From a virus, in IMG/VR virus record IMGVR_UViG_3300036770_001423, positions 30,297 to 94,296 of that record: a stretch of DNA of 64,000 bases; one strand, given 5' to 3'. This document shows, one piece after another, positions 1 through 9,093 of this stretch (the stretch's first letter is position 1; each line of letters starts with the position of its first letter). Under the pieces are notes generated by a model. The model was given only the letters and a program-made list of their open reading frames with translations, made no database searches and was not told where the DNA came from. Both the position numbers and the translations under genes were made by a program.

Positions 1-631
1 CCACTTCCAGAGCAGATTTCTCAACTTTGAGTTGAGTAGCTTCTGCTACGGCAGCTTCGTGAGCTTGCTCGACTTGTTCTAATTGCTCGTAGCGAGCTTT
101 TTCTACTTGGATTTTCAAGGGGTCTTCCTCGTTTTGTTGTTGTAAAGATTTCTCGATTTGAGACTGGATAGTAGTGATAGCAATAAAATCTTCATCACTA
201 ATTGTTTGGTTCGGGTTCTCGCTAAGAGACTTCATAATGGTGAATTGAGCTACACGCTCTGTGATCCACTTCTCATGTTCTTTCTCCCAATCGTATTCAC
301 CATCAGAAGATTCACGTTCAGCTTTAGCTGCTTCAAACTCTGTTTCAAAACCTAACAGCTTTGTAAGGGTTTCTGCATCAGAACTCCACATATCAAAGAA
401 CTTACGTAAGAATTCTTCCATTGACATTGTTACAGTAATCTGTTCTAATGCTTTCTGTACTTTCACTACGTCAGTTGGTTGGATACCGGAGTTAGTAGAT
501 TTTGTTACTAATACAGAATATCCGCAGGCACTTCCGCCTTGGTCTTTTGATACCAGAGCTACATGAGCACCATTAGTATCAAAGTCGAAATTGAAAAGCT
601 TACGCTTTGCTTTTTGTTTGCTAATTGTCAT
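1..631 (-). CDS. Head scaffolding/prohead protein, runs off the window edge
   Basis: ATG at 629-631 overlaps the protease stop (ATGA/TAA junction). It reads MTISKQKAKRKLFNFDFDTNGAHVALVSKDQGGSACG, then an acidic coiled coil. Position follows portal and protease. Confidence 0.65.
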   Translation of the reverse strand, partial: MTISKQKAKRKLFNFDFDTNGAHVALVSKDQGGSACGYSVLVTKSTNSGIQPTDVVKVQKALEQITVTMSMEEFLRKFFDMWSSDAETLTKLLGFETEFEAAKAERESSDGEYDWEKEHEKWITERVAQFTIMKSLSENPNQTISDEDFIAITTIQSQIEKSLQQQNEEDPLKIQVEKARYEQLEQVEQAHEAAVAEATQLKVEKSALEV

Positions 632-1152
632 TTAATATCCTGCCCGTAAGCTTCACAATAAACGCTCAAGCCTGTGAACGTACCATCCTTCACTTTAGGC
701 CAAATTACATCTTCAGATAATTCATCTGGCTCAGGGAAGTACCACTCTTGTAGCCAAGTGTTCTTGCGAATAGTCACTTGTTCACCTTCTGGATTCTCGA
801 TAACAAATTCAACAGGAGAAGTGTAAGATTGCTCAATCACAGCTAAGTCAGAATCAAGCATTACACTGTGCATCAGATTAGCTTTCATGCAGTGAACGTT
901 AAATGAGCGACAAGCTTCGATAACGTCTTGGTCTGAGTAAGTATCACCGTGTAGGTCTTCAGTCTCTGTAGCGTCTTGTGGGGCCAATACAACCATCAAC
1001 GCTCGACGTTCTTCTACATCTACAGACTTACGTACTTGAACACCCTCTGGTGTGGTGACATCACTCTCAATAACTTGCTTATGGTTTTCACTATCACCGA
1101 TAGCCATGTCCAACAAGTCAAGGAACATCTTCTTTAATTTTTCTTTGTTCAT
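628..1152 (-). CDS. XkdF-like prohead serine protease domain
   Basis: Pattern KSVD..RRALMVVLAP, DLHGD, ANLMH, W..VKDGTFTGLSV; located in the head module. Confidence 0.75.
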   Translation of the reverse strand: MNKEKLKKMFLDLLDMAIGDSENHKQVIESDVTTPEGVQVRKSVDVEERRALMVVLAPQDATETEDLHGDTYSDQDVIEACRSFNVHCMKANLMHSVMLDSDLAVIEQSYTSPVEFVIENPEGEQVTIRKNTWLQEWYFPEPDELSEDVIWPKVKDGTFTGLSVYCEAYGQDIK

Positions 1153-2058
1153 CTATGTGCTGTTCTCATTTTGCTGGGACTTGACCCACTCAGTGGCTTG
1201 CCTAAAAGCTTCTTCTTCACCAAGCCTATACACATTGAATGTTTTGCGTTTTTTATTTCCGCACATCATTTTGTACGCAACGTAGTGACCTTTTTTATTT
1301 AAATGGACATTCATTGCCTCTGTTTTTGTGTACCTTGCTGGTTTTGTTTTATCATACTTCCCAAATCGTACAAGGTAATGGTATATAAAATCTTGAAGTT
1401 CGGAGTCTTGTGTTGGGTCATACCCTTCAGAAAAGCGTCTGAATAGTGCCTTATAATTAGTTGACCTGTTCAAATTCAGTGCATTACTTATACGATAATG
1501 TTTATACCCTTTCTTATAAAGATGGTATATATCGTTGGCGAGGGACAACACATCCTTATTAGAGTAGGGAGAGTTGATTAGGCTGAAAGATTTCATCACC
1601 TCCGACCTAGCAACCCTCTCTGTTTCTGGAACATCCCTATTCTTCAGCTTTTCAACCATATGTGATGTGTCTACAGGTATTCCTCTTCTCATTGCAGATA
1701 CTACTGATTTTTGCTTGTCGGTTTGTGGCCTACCTAGCCTACCATTCAGTCCACCACCGACACAAATATTCCATCCAATTAGAGGAGCTGGTCTTAGTTT
1801 ATTCTCTAACCATCTGGCGTAATCAAGATCACATTCACACAGGACAACTAACTCAATGTCGTCCCCATATTTAACCATTGCTCTATGAACTATGCCAATA
1901 GAACTGGCTTTTTGCTTTTCGCCATTTTTCAGTTTCTTAGCAACTCGAAGATGCGTTGAGTACCTTCGCTTTACACTACCAGATGTTATACCAACATAAC
2001 CTTCTGTATTTATATCAGTATGGTCTTTGTGTTTTATCCAGTATACAAAAGAACTCAT
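1153..2058 (-). CDS. GIY-YIG homing endonuclease with C-terminal AP2-like domain
   Basis: VYWI...YVGIT...RY..H, GWNI..GG, and KTFNVYRLGEEEAFRQA; inserted between portal and protease. Confidence 0.8.
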   Translation of the reverse strand: MSSFVYWIKHKDHTDINTEGYVGITSGSVKRRYSTHLRVAKKLKNGEKQKASSIGIVHRAMVKYGDDIELVVLCECDLDYARWLENKLRPAPLIGWNICVGGGLNGRLGRPQTDKQKSVVSAMRRGIPVDTSHMVEKLKNRDVPETERVARSEVMKSFSLINSPYSNKDVLSLANDIYHLYKKGYKHYRISNALNLNRSTNYKALFRRFSEGYDPTQDSELQDFIYHYLVRFGKYDKTKPARYTKTEAMNVHLNKKGHYVAYKMMCGNKKRKTFNVYRLGEEEAFRQATEWVKSQQNENST

Positions 2059-3575
2059 CCTTTGTTTTCCATATTCAAACTGCTGTTATTCTTACCAGCA
2101 GCACCAGTGCCGTTACCCATACCTTCGACCATGCCGTCACCACTGCGAGTAGTCATGTCACTAAGCTTCTCAATGATTTCATCTTCATCAAGCTTCTCAA
2201 TCTCTGTAGTGTCATAACCACACTTACGCCACAGTTGAACAAGCATTGCTTTGTCTCGTGGGAATAAGCCTGTAGCGCCTAAGCGTTGACCAGCTTTAGA
2301 AGCTTCTTCAGCATCAGCTTCATCCAGCTCACCAAACGTCATCACTGGCATATCATCTTCTTCAAGCTTAAGCTCATTAATGTCTGCAAGAGACTTAACA
2401 AACTCACGCTCAAATACTGTTTTGATATACATCAGCATACGTTCCATGTAGAAAGCATGGACACTGCGACTACTATCTGATAGACTATGTGAACCTGTAT
2501 CGCCTTGACCAACCAGAAGGAAGGAAGCGCCTAATACGTTAAGAATGTCTTTCTTACGAGCTTCAATTAGTTCAGAGGTTTTATAGGCTTTACTACCACC
2601 GTCAACACCTTTCAGTTCAACATCATAAACGTATTTACCGTTACCTGTTTCACCGTGTGTATCAGAGCCTAAGAGGATATATGTTTGATCGCCAGCATGA
2701 ATAGCAGCAGCATTCTTTTGTAATGCTTTTAATGTGGCAGCTTCAAGACTATTTTCATCTTCAGCAGCTTTATTGATATGATCATTCGGAACACGTAATA
2801 CAAGGACACCACCCAAGTCCTTGCTCACCCCAACAACCTCATAGCTTGTAATCATTTCAAGCTCTTTCCAAGATTTGAAGCAGTCGTATAGATCTGATTT
2901 ACCTTGGGGGTTGTTGCCTGTACTATTCCAACTGAACAACATAAACTTTTCTCTACGAACAAATTTATCTGTTAAGTTTTGTACAGTGAAAGGGTTAATA
3001 TTGCTTTGTCCAATGACTGTAGCTGGCATCCATTGATATAAACCAACTAAGTCTCGCTTCAATACAGCATCATCAAACACCCACTCACGAACACTCTTTT
3101 GAGCGCGAGGAGCAAGCTTTGCATATTTGTATTTATATTTACCAGACCATTTAATACTATCATTCTTTGCGAAGACTTTCTCAAGCCAAGCAAATCCGTA
3201 TTTACGGAATGTGATAATATTTGTGATGGCATCATACCAACTGTTACCGACAAAGTTCTTAATGTTCCAGTTTAAGAAGGCAGCAAAGTCTTTTGACTCT
3301 TGACTTCCCGATACACCTGCGATAAACTTTGTAGCAAGTAGGGACTTGGTGAGGAATACTTCTCCAGCAGTTAATCCTTGACTAACAGCAGAAGTAGAAG
3401 CCATCTTATCATATGTGGTGAGGCTATGAGGAAACTGCAATTCTTTCTTAGCAGATTCTTCGATGTAGCCACCGATGGCTTTTAGATATGGATTGCCGAT
3501 CTCTCCTAAGCGAAGACGACTGTCTGAGCTAGAGGGATTAGATTCAGCTTTCTCAATTTGAATTGTTTCTGACAT
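2055..3575 (-). CDS. Portal protein
   Basis: 506 aa immediately after terminase; RLGEIG, YGFAWLEKV, NPQGKSDL, GSHSLS motifs. Confidence 0.85.
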   Translation of the reverse strand: MSETIQIEKAESNPSSSDSRLRLGEIGNPYLKAIGGYIEESAKKELQFPHSLTTYDKMASTSAVSQGLTAGEVFLTKSLLATKFIAGVSGSQESKDFAAFLNWNIKNFVGNSWYDAITNIITFRKYGFAWLEKVFAKNDSIKWSGKYKYKYAKLAPRAQKSVREWVFDDAVLKRDLVGLYQWMPATVIGQSNINPFTVQNLTDKFVRREKFMLFSWNSTGNNPQGKSDLYDCFKSWKELEMITSYEVVGVSKDLGGVLVLRVPNDHINKAAEDENSLEAATLKALQKNAAAIHAGDQTYILLGSDTHGETGNGKYVYDVELKGVDGGSKAYKTSELIEARKKDILNVLGASFLLVGQGDTGSHSLSDSSRSVHAFYMERMLMYIKTVFEREFVKSLADINELKLEEDDMPVMTFGELDEADAEEASKAGQRLGATGLFPRDKAMLVQLWRKCGYDTTEIEKLDEDEIIEKLSDMTTRSGDGMVEGMGNGTGAAGKNNSSLNMENKG

Positions 3576-3587
3576 TATCCCCTCAGA

Positions 3588-5594
3588 TTATGAATTAAGG
3601 TCATATTGCGCTTTGATTGTGGGATCGTTGAGAGCGGTTAGTTTTGGGACTGTGTAGGTTTTGATTGTATTCAATGCGTTTAGGGCTGAGGCTGCGCAGT
3701 CGGCTACGTCATCCTTGTACCGCTTTGTGCTACGCTCCCCTGAAAACTGTTCTAGACTTTGTAGATAAAATTCCAGTGTCGCAGCATCAAATGTGCTTGC
3801 TACAATCTTGACTAGACCATTCTCACAAGCAGAAGCAAAAGGAGCAAACTTTGTCATCTTAGATTTGTTACTCGGCATAGGATCTGCTTTAACAACATAA
3901 CCTTTACCTATTAATTTCTTAGAAGACTCAATGAACTCATACTTACCTGCCGCAGAAGGATCTTTTGGAAAGATTATTGTAACATCAGTGCCGTCATGTG
4001 CTGCTTGTAGCTCTATGAGGTTATCTCGCTCACCTACAGTCTTTCTAACTACTCCGAGAACTTTACTGTCTGGATCTTTAAAACTTGGGTGAAAGTCGCC
4101 AAAGATATAGTAATAACCCTCTTTATCTTTAGCCATACCTATCTGTGCTGTGTAGTCTGGACTTGGTTCTTTGTCTGAAGGCGCAGTTCCTGCTTTATCA
4201 TAAGCCCTAACGCATTTTGCACCAAGAGGAATCTTGTCAGCAATAGCACACCACTTTCTATCGAAGTACAAGCTATTAGAAGGGCGTACTTTCCAGTTAC
4301 CATCCAACAATCTCGCTCTGTCGATAGGGTTCAAACCTTCCAACCATGCTAAATAATCAGGGTTCTGTTCTAGCATCTTAGGGTTGTCCCTAATTGTGCT
4401 ACCGATAAAACTGAAACTGATTGGTTTTACGTTATCACCATATGTAGCTTTTAATTCTTCTGGCGTATCTGCCCAGAAGTATTGACCGCCTTGTAAAATG
4501 AACCAGCGTATTACACCAGCCCTTTCTTCGATAGGGAAACCTTCGTCATCTAACCACCAAGAAATCATCTCTGCTATCTTGTGGTCGGGATCAGGGTTGC
4601 AACTGATCACCATTCGTGAAGGGTATTTGGACTCGGAACGCATCCGAGACATCAGATATTCTATTTGTGACCAATCGAATTGCGTACCTTCCGAAGTGTT
4701 CAATAAGGTTCGTTAATCCTTACCAGCAGCACTACCTGCTTCTGCATGTCGCCATGCAGACCTGACTATATCATCACCCCATTAGGGTGTCTCCCGTTTC
4801 CACTCACTTGAGTGTACGCCTTTCGGCTAGTCGATGAACGTTCTCCGTTAGGAGCTTCGCTGCTGATTGTCTCTGTGAGAGTTCCCAGCAATTAGAGAGA
4901 TTATTCGACACATATTACTACGTGAAGCGACTATTTTACAAATCGAACGCAATGAATGTATACTGTAAGCCTTGGTGATTGTACTTGTCTTTTTCTGTCT
5001 CCATGTGAGACCATTTCATTTTAAAACCAGTAGGAAACTTAGCTTCTAATGAATGCTCTGACATACGAGGACGGAGTTCTGTGGGTAGCTGCATATACAT
5101 ATTACGTGCAGTATCAAATACGCCACCAAGACCTTTGATTTGAACTGTTGTTCTGCGGAATACAATTGCGTTTGCTTTTGGGTCATCTACATAAAGCAAA
5201 GGGAGCATTTGTAATAGGAAACTTTTGCCGGAACCGGCTGCCAAATATTATGTAGTCGCTACACTACTCTGCCTTTTCAAGCAGGATCGGGTCATATCTT
5301 CATCCCAGAGGGAGTCTACCGTTTCGGATAATCAATCGCTTATTACCCTACGCCCTGACAAGGGCTGACCTCCACACACGCCATTACGCTTGGCTCGGTA
5401 TTAGCATAGAGCGTAGCCCCTTAGCTTTCACCGAATTAGATAGATTCTTAGATACACATTACTGTGTTCTGTGGCGCAAGTTCACCACCCATGATTAAAA
5501 TTTGAGCCTTACAATCAACAATCATTTGTTGTTTTTTAGATGTAGGCCCAAAAGGTAATCTTATCTCGCGGGGTTGTTTTTGTTTAGTTGTCAT
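3588..5594 (-). CDS. terL: Terminase large subunit, spliced: join(5594-5484, 5241-4942, 4691-3588), ~504 aa
   Basis: Splicing restores Walker A ILIMGG|AAGSGKS and Walker B FIAFD|EGTQF in frame. SCNPD motif III and nuclease residues AYD, PDYTA, KDDVAD are present. RBS GAGGAG precedes ATG at 5594. Confidence 0.9.
4692..4941 (-). mobile_element. Group I intron 2 of terL (250 nt, no ORF)
   Basis: P AATTGCTGGGAA, Q AATCAGCAG, R GTTCATCGACTA, S GATATAGTC. The 5' exon ends in U (CGAU pairs with GUCG) and the intron ends in G. Confidence 0.9.
5242..5483 (-). mobile_element. Group I intron 1 of terL (242 nt, no ORF)
   Basis: P AATTCGGTGAAAG, Q AATACCGAG, P7 variant GGTCA/TGACC, S GAAGATATGACC. P1 is GUGGU/GCCAC with a U.G splice pair; terminal G present. 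Confidence 0.88.
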
Positions 5595-5649
5595 AAAACT
5601 CCTCTTAGTTATAAATACTCAGGGGAATACTTATAAATAAGAGCCAGAC

Positions 5650-6801
5650 CTAATCTGGCGTAATATACTTTAACAATATGTCTAATACAAGACTGAAGTC
5701 TTTACGGTGGAATGTCTCTGTATAACCAGAACCCATTTCTTGTTTTGTAATTATACCTCTTTCGATACCAGAAGATATAATCTCACTCTCAAGTTTGCGT
5801 ATAACGTACCCATCAGGGTTCTCAAGATAGTATATTACAGATAAGGGGTATTTACATTTCTGTTGTATCTGCTTTAATCTTTTATCTAAATTATTCGTTA
5901 TACCAAATTTCAGCACATCGTCAGTAACTTTCAATAAATAAAAAGTACCTCCCATAGTGCTTCTATAACCAACCCTTTGATTCGAGCATCTAGGGCAACC
6001 AGCGGCATAAAGATGACTGTTAGGTGCTTGAGAAAACACACCGTGATCTCTGCATATGATGTCTATCTTAGTATGTTGATTTTTGTAATCAACTAATGAA
6101 TAGTCATATTTATCACCATGCACTTTCTTAGCTAATGATATGTATTCTTCTGTTGTGAACTTAAACATCTCTGCTTTAGCTAGTGAAGCACACTTAGTAC
6201 AACCAATTGTAGTTAAATGGTGATCAGCCCTTTGAGTGACTACGCCGTGTAACTTACATTCGTATGTAATATACTTACTCTTACCAACATACTCAGTAAT
6301 AGAGTAGTCATATTTATCCCCATGAACTTGTTTTGCTTTTTCTACATATTGTTCTTTACTAAATACTCTACTTTTAGAGTTATTGACAGTAGCACAAGAT
6401 TTGCAACCAACTTTGCCTGCTGTATGTCCTGACAGTTCTTGTCTAAATACTCCGTGGTCAGGGCAAATAATATCTACAATATCTTTAACTTTGACATTAT
6501 CGGGTATAAGACTATAATCATATTTACCGTTATGGGCGCATGTTGCTTTATCAATAAAGTACTGCCTAGGTTTTCTGGTAGCTTCTGCGATCCTTTCTTT
6601 GGCGCAGAGCTTACACCCATGTCTAGCGGATGTGTGACTGTTTGGGGTCACTTCAAATACAAAGTCGTGCTTAATACAACGAACTTTAACTTTATTACAG
6701 GCTTTAGTGTAAACAGACAAAGAATAATCATACTTATCTCCGTGAACACTTCTAGCTTTAATGATAAACGTTTCTAAATCTTCTATTTCGTGCTTTGCCA
6801 A
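5650..6801 (-). CDS. Free-standing homing endonuclease: four Zn-binding HGDKYDYS repeats (DUF723/CapR-like) plus C-terminal GIY-YIG/T5orf172-like domain
   Basis: Four repeats of HG.KYDYS...C..HG.F...H...GC..C; C-terminus FYLL..KFGIT...KR...GYTETF; TTG start. Confidence 0.8.
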   Translation of the reverse strand: MAKHEIEDLETFIIKARSVHGDKYDYSLSVYTKACNKVKVRCIKHDFVFEVTPNSHTSARHGCKLCAKERIAEATRKPRQYFIDKATCAHNGKYDYSLIPDNVKVKDIVDIICPDHGVFRQELSGHTAGKVGCKSCATVNNSKSRVFSKEQYVEKAKQVHGDKYDYSITEYVGKSKYITYECKLHGVVTQRADHHLTTIGCTKCASLAKAEMFKFTTEEYISLAKKVHGDKYDYSLVDYKNQHTKIDIICRDHGVFSQAPNSHLYAAGCPRCSNQRVGYRSTMGGTFYLLKVTDDVLKFGITNNLDKRLKQIQQKCKYPLSVIYYLENPDGYVIRKLESEIISSGIERGIITKQEMGSGYTETFHRKDFSLVLDILLKYITPD

Positions 6802-6810
6802 TTCATTAAA

Positions 6811-6950
6811 CCTTAATAATTATCACCCTACTCTTAGCCGTTGGCGTAAGAAAGAGGTGTGTTTCTTAGACTAATGTAAGATGATAATTATTAAAATCTT
6901 ACACCTCATACGCAATTATTTTTCACTATTTCTAGTCAGACCACGCCAAT
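6811..6950 (-). promoter_or_regulatory. Structured 5' leader that can occlude the endonuclease RBS
   Basis: A 21-bp helix 6896-6876/6831-6811 covers UAAGG; competing helices are also present. Confidence 0.6.
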
Positions 6951-7106
6951 GACCTGTATAAAATAAATGTGTCATCACTGCTACATACGTTCAGGAGAGG
7001 ACACATTCTTACTTTCGCTAACGGGGTTAATATCCAACCAGCTTCACGCTGTTCCGCGCTCTCTAACATCAGCAAACCACATCCCATGTGAGGATGCTGA
7101 ATTCTT

Positions 7107-7214
7107 TTAATCTAACCAACCTTCGTCAGCAGAGATGTAATAAATACCTTCATCAACTGAAGGGTCTAACCCCCAGTCCTGCTCGACATTCAATCCCCAA
7201 TCTTGTTCTTTCAT
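7107..7214 (-). CDS. 35-aa acidic repeat peptide (below the ORF-track cutoff)
   Basis: RBS AAGGAGG; MKEQDWGLNVEQDWGLDPSVDEGIYYISADEGWLD. Confidence 0.65.
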   Translation of the reverse strand: MKEQDWGLNVEQDWGLDPSVDEGIYYISADEGWLD

Positions 7215-7226
7215 AACCCCTCCTTA

Positions 7227-7670
7227 CTATTTCTTAGCTTTAGCCGCAGCCTTCTTCACAGCAGGAGCTGTTTTAACAGCAGCTTCTTGAACAGGAGCTT
7301 CTACAACAACTTCCGTATCCTGTTCTGCTTCAATTGTAGCTGCTTCTGCTGCGTCTGTCAACTGCTTTTCTACAACAGACATCATAAATACATACTTTCT
7401 ATCGAAGATAAATGTTACACGAAGCAATGTGCTAACAATACTACGAATATCATCTTCTGTCAAATCTTTAGCATTGGCTACAACGTAGTCAATCACCTCA
7501 TGTAACTGAGCAAATCGAATAGTATTACCACCAACACTATAATCGGTGCTAACATTGGTAAACATTTTTCCATTAATTTCTTTCCAGAAATCAGCATATG
7601 TTCCATTCTTTACTGCTTCATAAATTGCTGGCAAGAAGCTACTCACGCCATGATAAGTTAAATTCTTCAT
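7227..7670 (-). CDS. Hypothetical protein with Ala/Lys-rich tail
   Basis: Start reassigned to MKNLTYHG, which follows an AGGA RBS. Confidence 0.7.
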   Translation of the reverse strand: MKNLTYHGVSSFLPAIYEAVKNGTYADFWKEINGKMFTNVSTDYSVGGNTIRFAQLHEVIDYVVANAKDLTEDDIRSIVSTLLRVTFIFDRKYVFMMSVVEKQLTDAAEAATIEAEQDTEVVVEAPVQEAAVKTAPAVKKAAAKAKK

Positions 7671-7698
7671 TGTGTTTCCTGTGTAAATTACATTCTCT

Positions 7699-7845
7699 TT
7701 AAAAAAAAAAAATAAAAGCCCCGTTACGACGAGGAGAGGTGTGCAGAGGAGGATGCACCATCGTAGCGGGGACAGGAGGGAACACATCACTGTGTTTTAT
7801 TTTAATCGCTACCTTATGGTGATAGCTGGAGGAGAGAACGTAATA
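7699..7845. ncRNA. Putative structured small RNA or terminator carrying four GAGGAG/CTCCTC motifs
   Basis: Stem 7719-7729/7761-7771, inner stem GTGCA/TGCAC, and an A12 tract (U tract on the minus strand). Confidence 0.45.
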
Positions 7846-7876
7846 AAAATTGATTACTTATTGGAATGTAATTGAA

Positions 7877-8239
7877 TTAGCCAACAGAGCCAAATTTAAC
7901 AACTACACCTTCGTATGTTTCTTCTTGTGTGTCAGCCATGTCTTCGACATCTGACTGTTTAGCTCGTTGAAGCTCCACTTTCTCATTGTGGATAAGAAGC
8001 TCAAACCATTTACCGCTGAGGTAAACGTGAATCTTAATAGCTGCTCCAACATCACCACGTTCTTCTAACGTAGCTGCAAGCTCTTGTAATTTCTTTAGAG
8101 AGGCAGGACCAGCTAATGACAGCATAGACTCTAACTTTGCTTTAGAGTGTTTACCTTTAGCCCCCGGCCTGCGTCCTGATGGGTTCCCAGACTTGCCCTT
8201 GGAAAAGCGGCCTTTGTCGTCACGAATTTCGTCTGTCAT
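7877..8239 (-). CDS. Probable terminase small subunit (DUF5681-like N-terminus)
   Basis: GRFSKGKSGNPSGR motif; lies upstream of terL. Confidence 0.65.
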   Translation of the reverse strand: MTDEIRDDKGRFSKGKSGNPSGRRPGAKGKHSKAKLESMLSLAGPASLKKLQELAATLEERGDVGAAIKIHVYLSGKWFELLIHNEKVELQRAKQSDVEDMADTQEETYEGVVVKFGSVG

Positions 8240-8303
8240 ATTATATTCCTCTTACATCCACTAATGTATCATTGACTTCTTGATTTGTCAAGAGATATTT
8301 AAT

Positions 8304-8555
8304 TTAATTATCAAAATATGAATAATAGAAGTCAGAATGACTCTCGGAATGTAATGATGGACTTGCTCCTTCAGAGCAATTTTCTAATGTAAACGTAGGA
8401 GAGTATTGCTTTTCTTTTGATGCGTTGATACAGCTATTACAAAGCCCTACAAGCTCATCTGAATTAGGGTATGTACGTTTCTGTTCGCCTGTATCTAATA
8501 AACGATTACAAGCCATACAGCGGCTTATAAAGCCTGTGATTGATCTGTTTGTCAT
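8304..8555 (-). CDS. Small Zn-finger protein
   Basis: CMAC...CNSC. Confidence 0.6.
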   Translation of the reverse strand: MTNRSITGFISRCMACNRLLDTGEQKRTYPNSDELVGLCNSCINASKEKQYSPTFTLENCSEGASPSLHSESHSDFYYSYFDN

Positions 8556-8567
8556 ATTGTTATTCTT

Positions 8568-8777
8568 CTAGCATGTGATTGTTGGAGGTAGTTTTTGCAA
8601 ATCTGTTTTAAGGCTATCTCTGATTTGAATATATAGGTCTTGTTTTGGTGTAGTTTCTTTCTTAAACACTAAATTCAAATGGTCTTTAATGATTTCTACT
8701 TGTGTCATATTCAGCTCAGACGGATCACCAATTTCTAATAACCCTTGTAACCAATAACAGAAATTCTCTGGAGTCAT
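8568..8777 (-). CDS. Phage hypothetical protein
   Basis: MTPENFCYWLQG...IKDHL.LVF.K, a pattern common in phage proteins. Confidence 0.7.
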   Translation of the reverse strand: MTPENFCYWLQGLLEIGDPSELNMTQVEIIKDHLNLVFKKETTPKQDLYIQIRDSLKTDLQKLPPTITC

Positions 8778-8786
8778 AATGTTTCC

Positions 8787-9014
8787 CTAATCGAATTTAA
8801 CATTCCAATAACTACCACACTGATTACGATAATGTAAATTAAGCACTTCTCGTAATTGTTCATAATTAAGAGAACAAACACGAGCAATCATTTCGTTATG
8901 TTCAATTCCCCAATTATGCTCATTGTAGCGTTGATAACTGGGATGCGTCAACAACATTCTAATCTTATTTGCAAGCTTACGAATCTGTGTCTTGCTTAAC
9001 TTTTTCAAATTCAT
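8787..9014 (-). CDS. Hypothetical protein
   Basis: AAGGA RBS; upstream TTGACA promoter. Confidence 0.6.
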   Translation of the reverse strand: MNLKKLSKTQIRKLANKIRMLLTHPSYQRYNEHNWGIEHNEMIARVCSLNYEQLREVLNLHYRNQCGSYWNVKFD

Positions 9015-9093
9015 GTGTATTCCTTATTTGCTATATGAAACTAATATAACATGAATACTCTAGTTGTCAATAGGTAATTTGAAATTATTTTAA

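Noticed and set aside
3588-5244. terL as a pseudogene or two separate genes, as the ORF track suggests
   Set aside because: Explained by two introns whose removal restores both Walker motifs in frame.
6960-7100. tRNA gene
   Set aside because: Hairpins are present but there is no cloverleaf, T-loop (GTTCRA in context) or acceptor stem.
7671-7790. N-terminal extension of ORF 7227-7790
   Set aside because: It runs through the hairpin and homopolymer; a better RBS and ATG lie at 7670.
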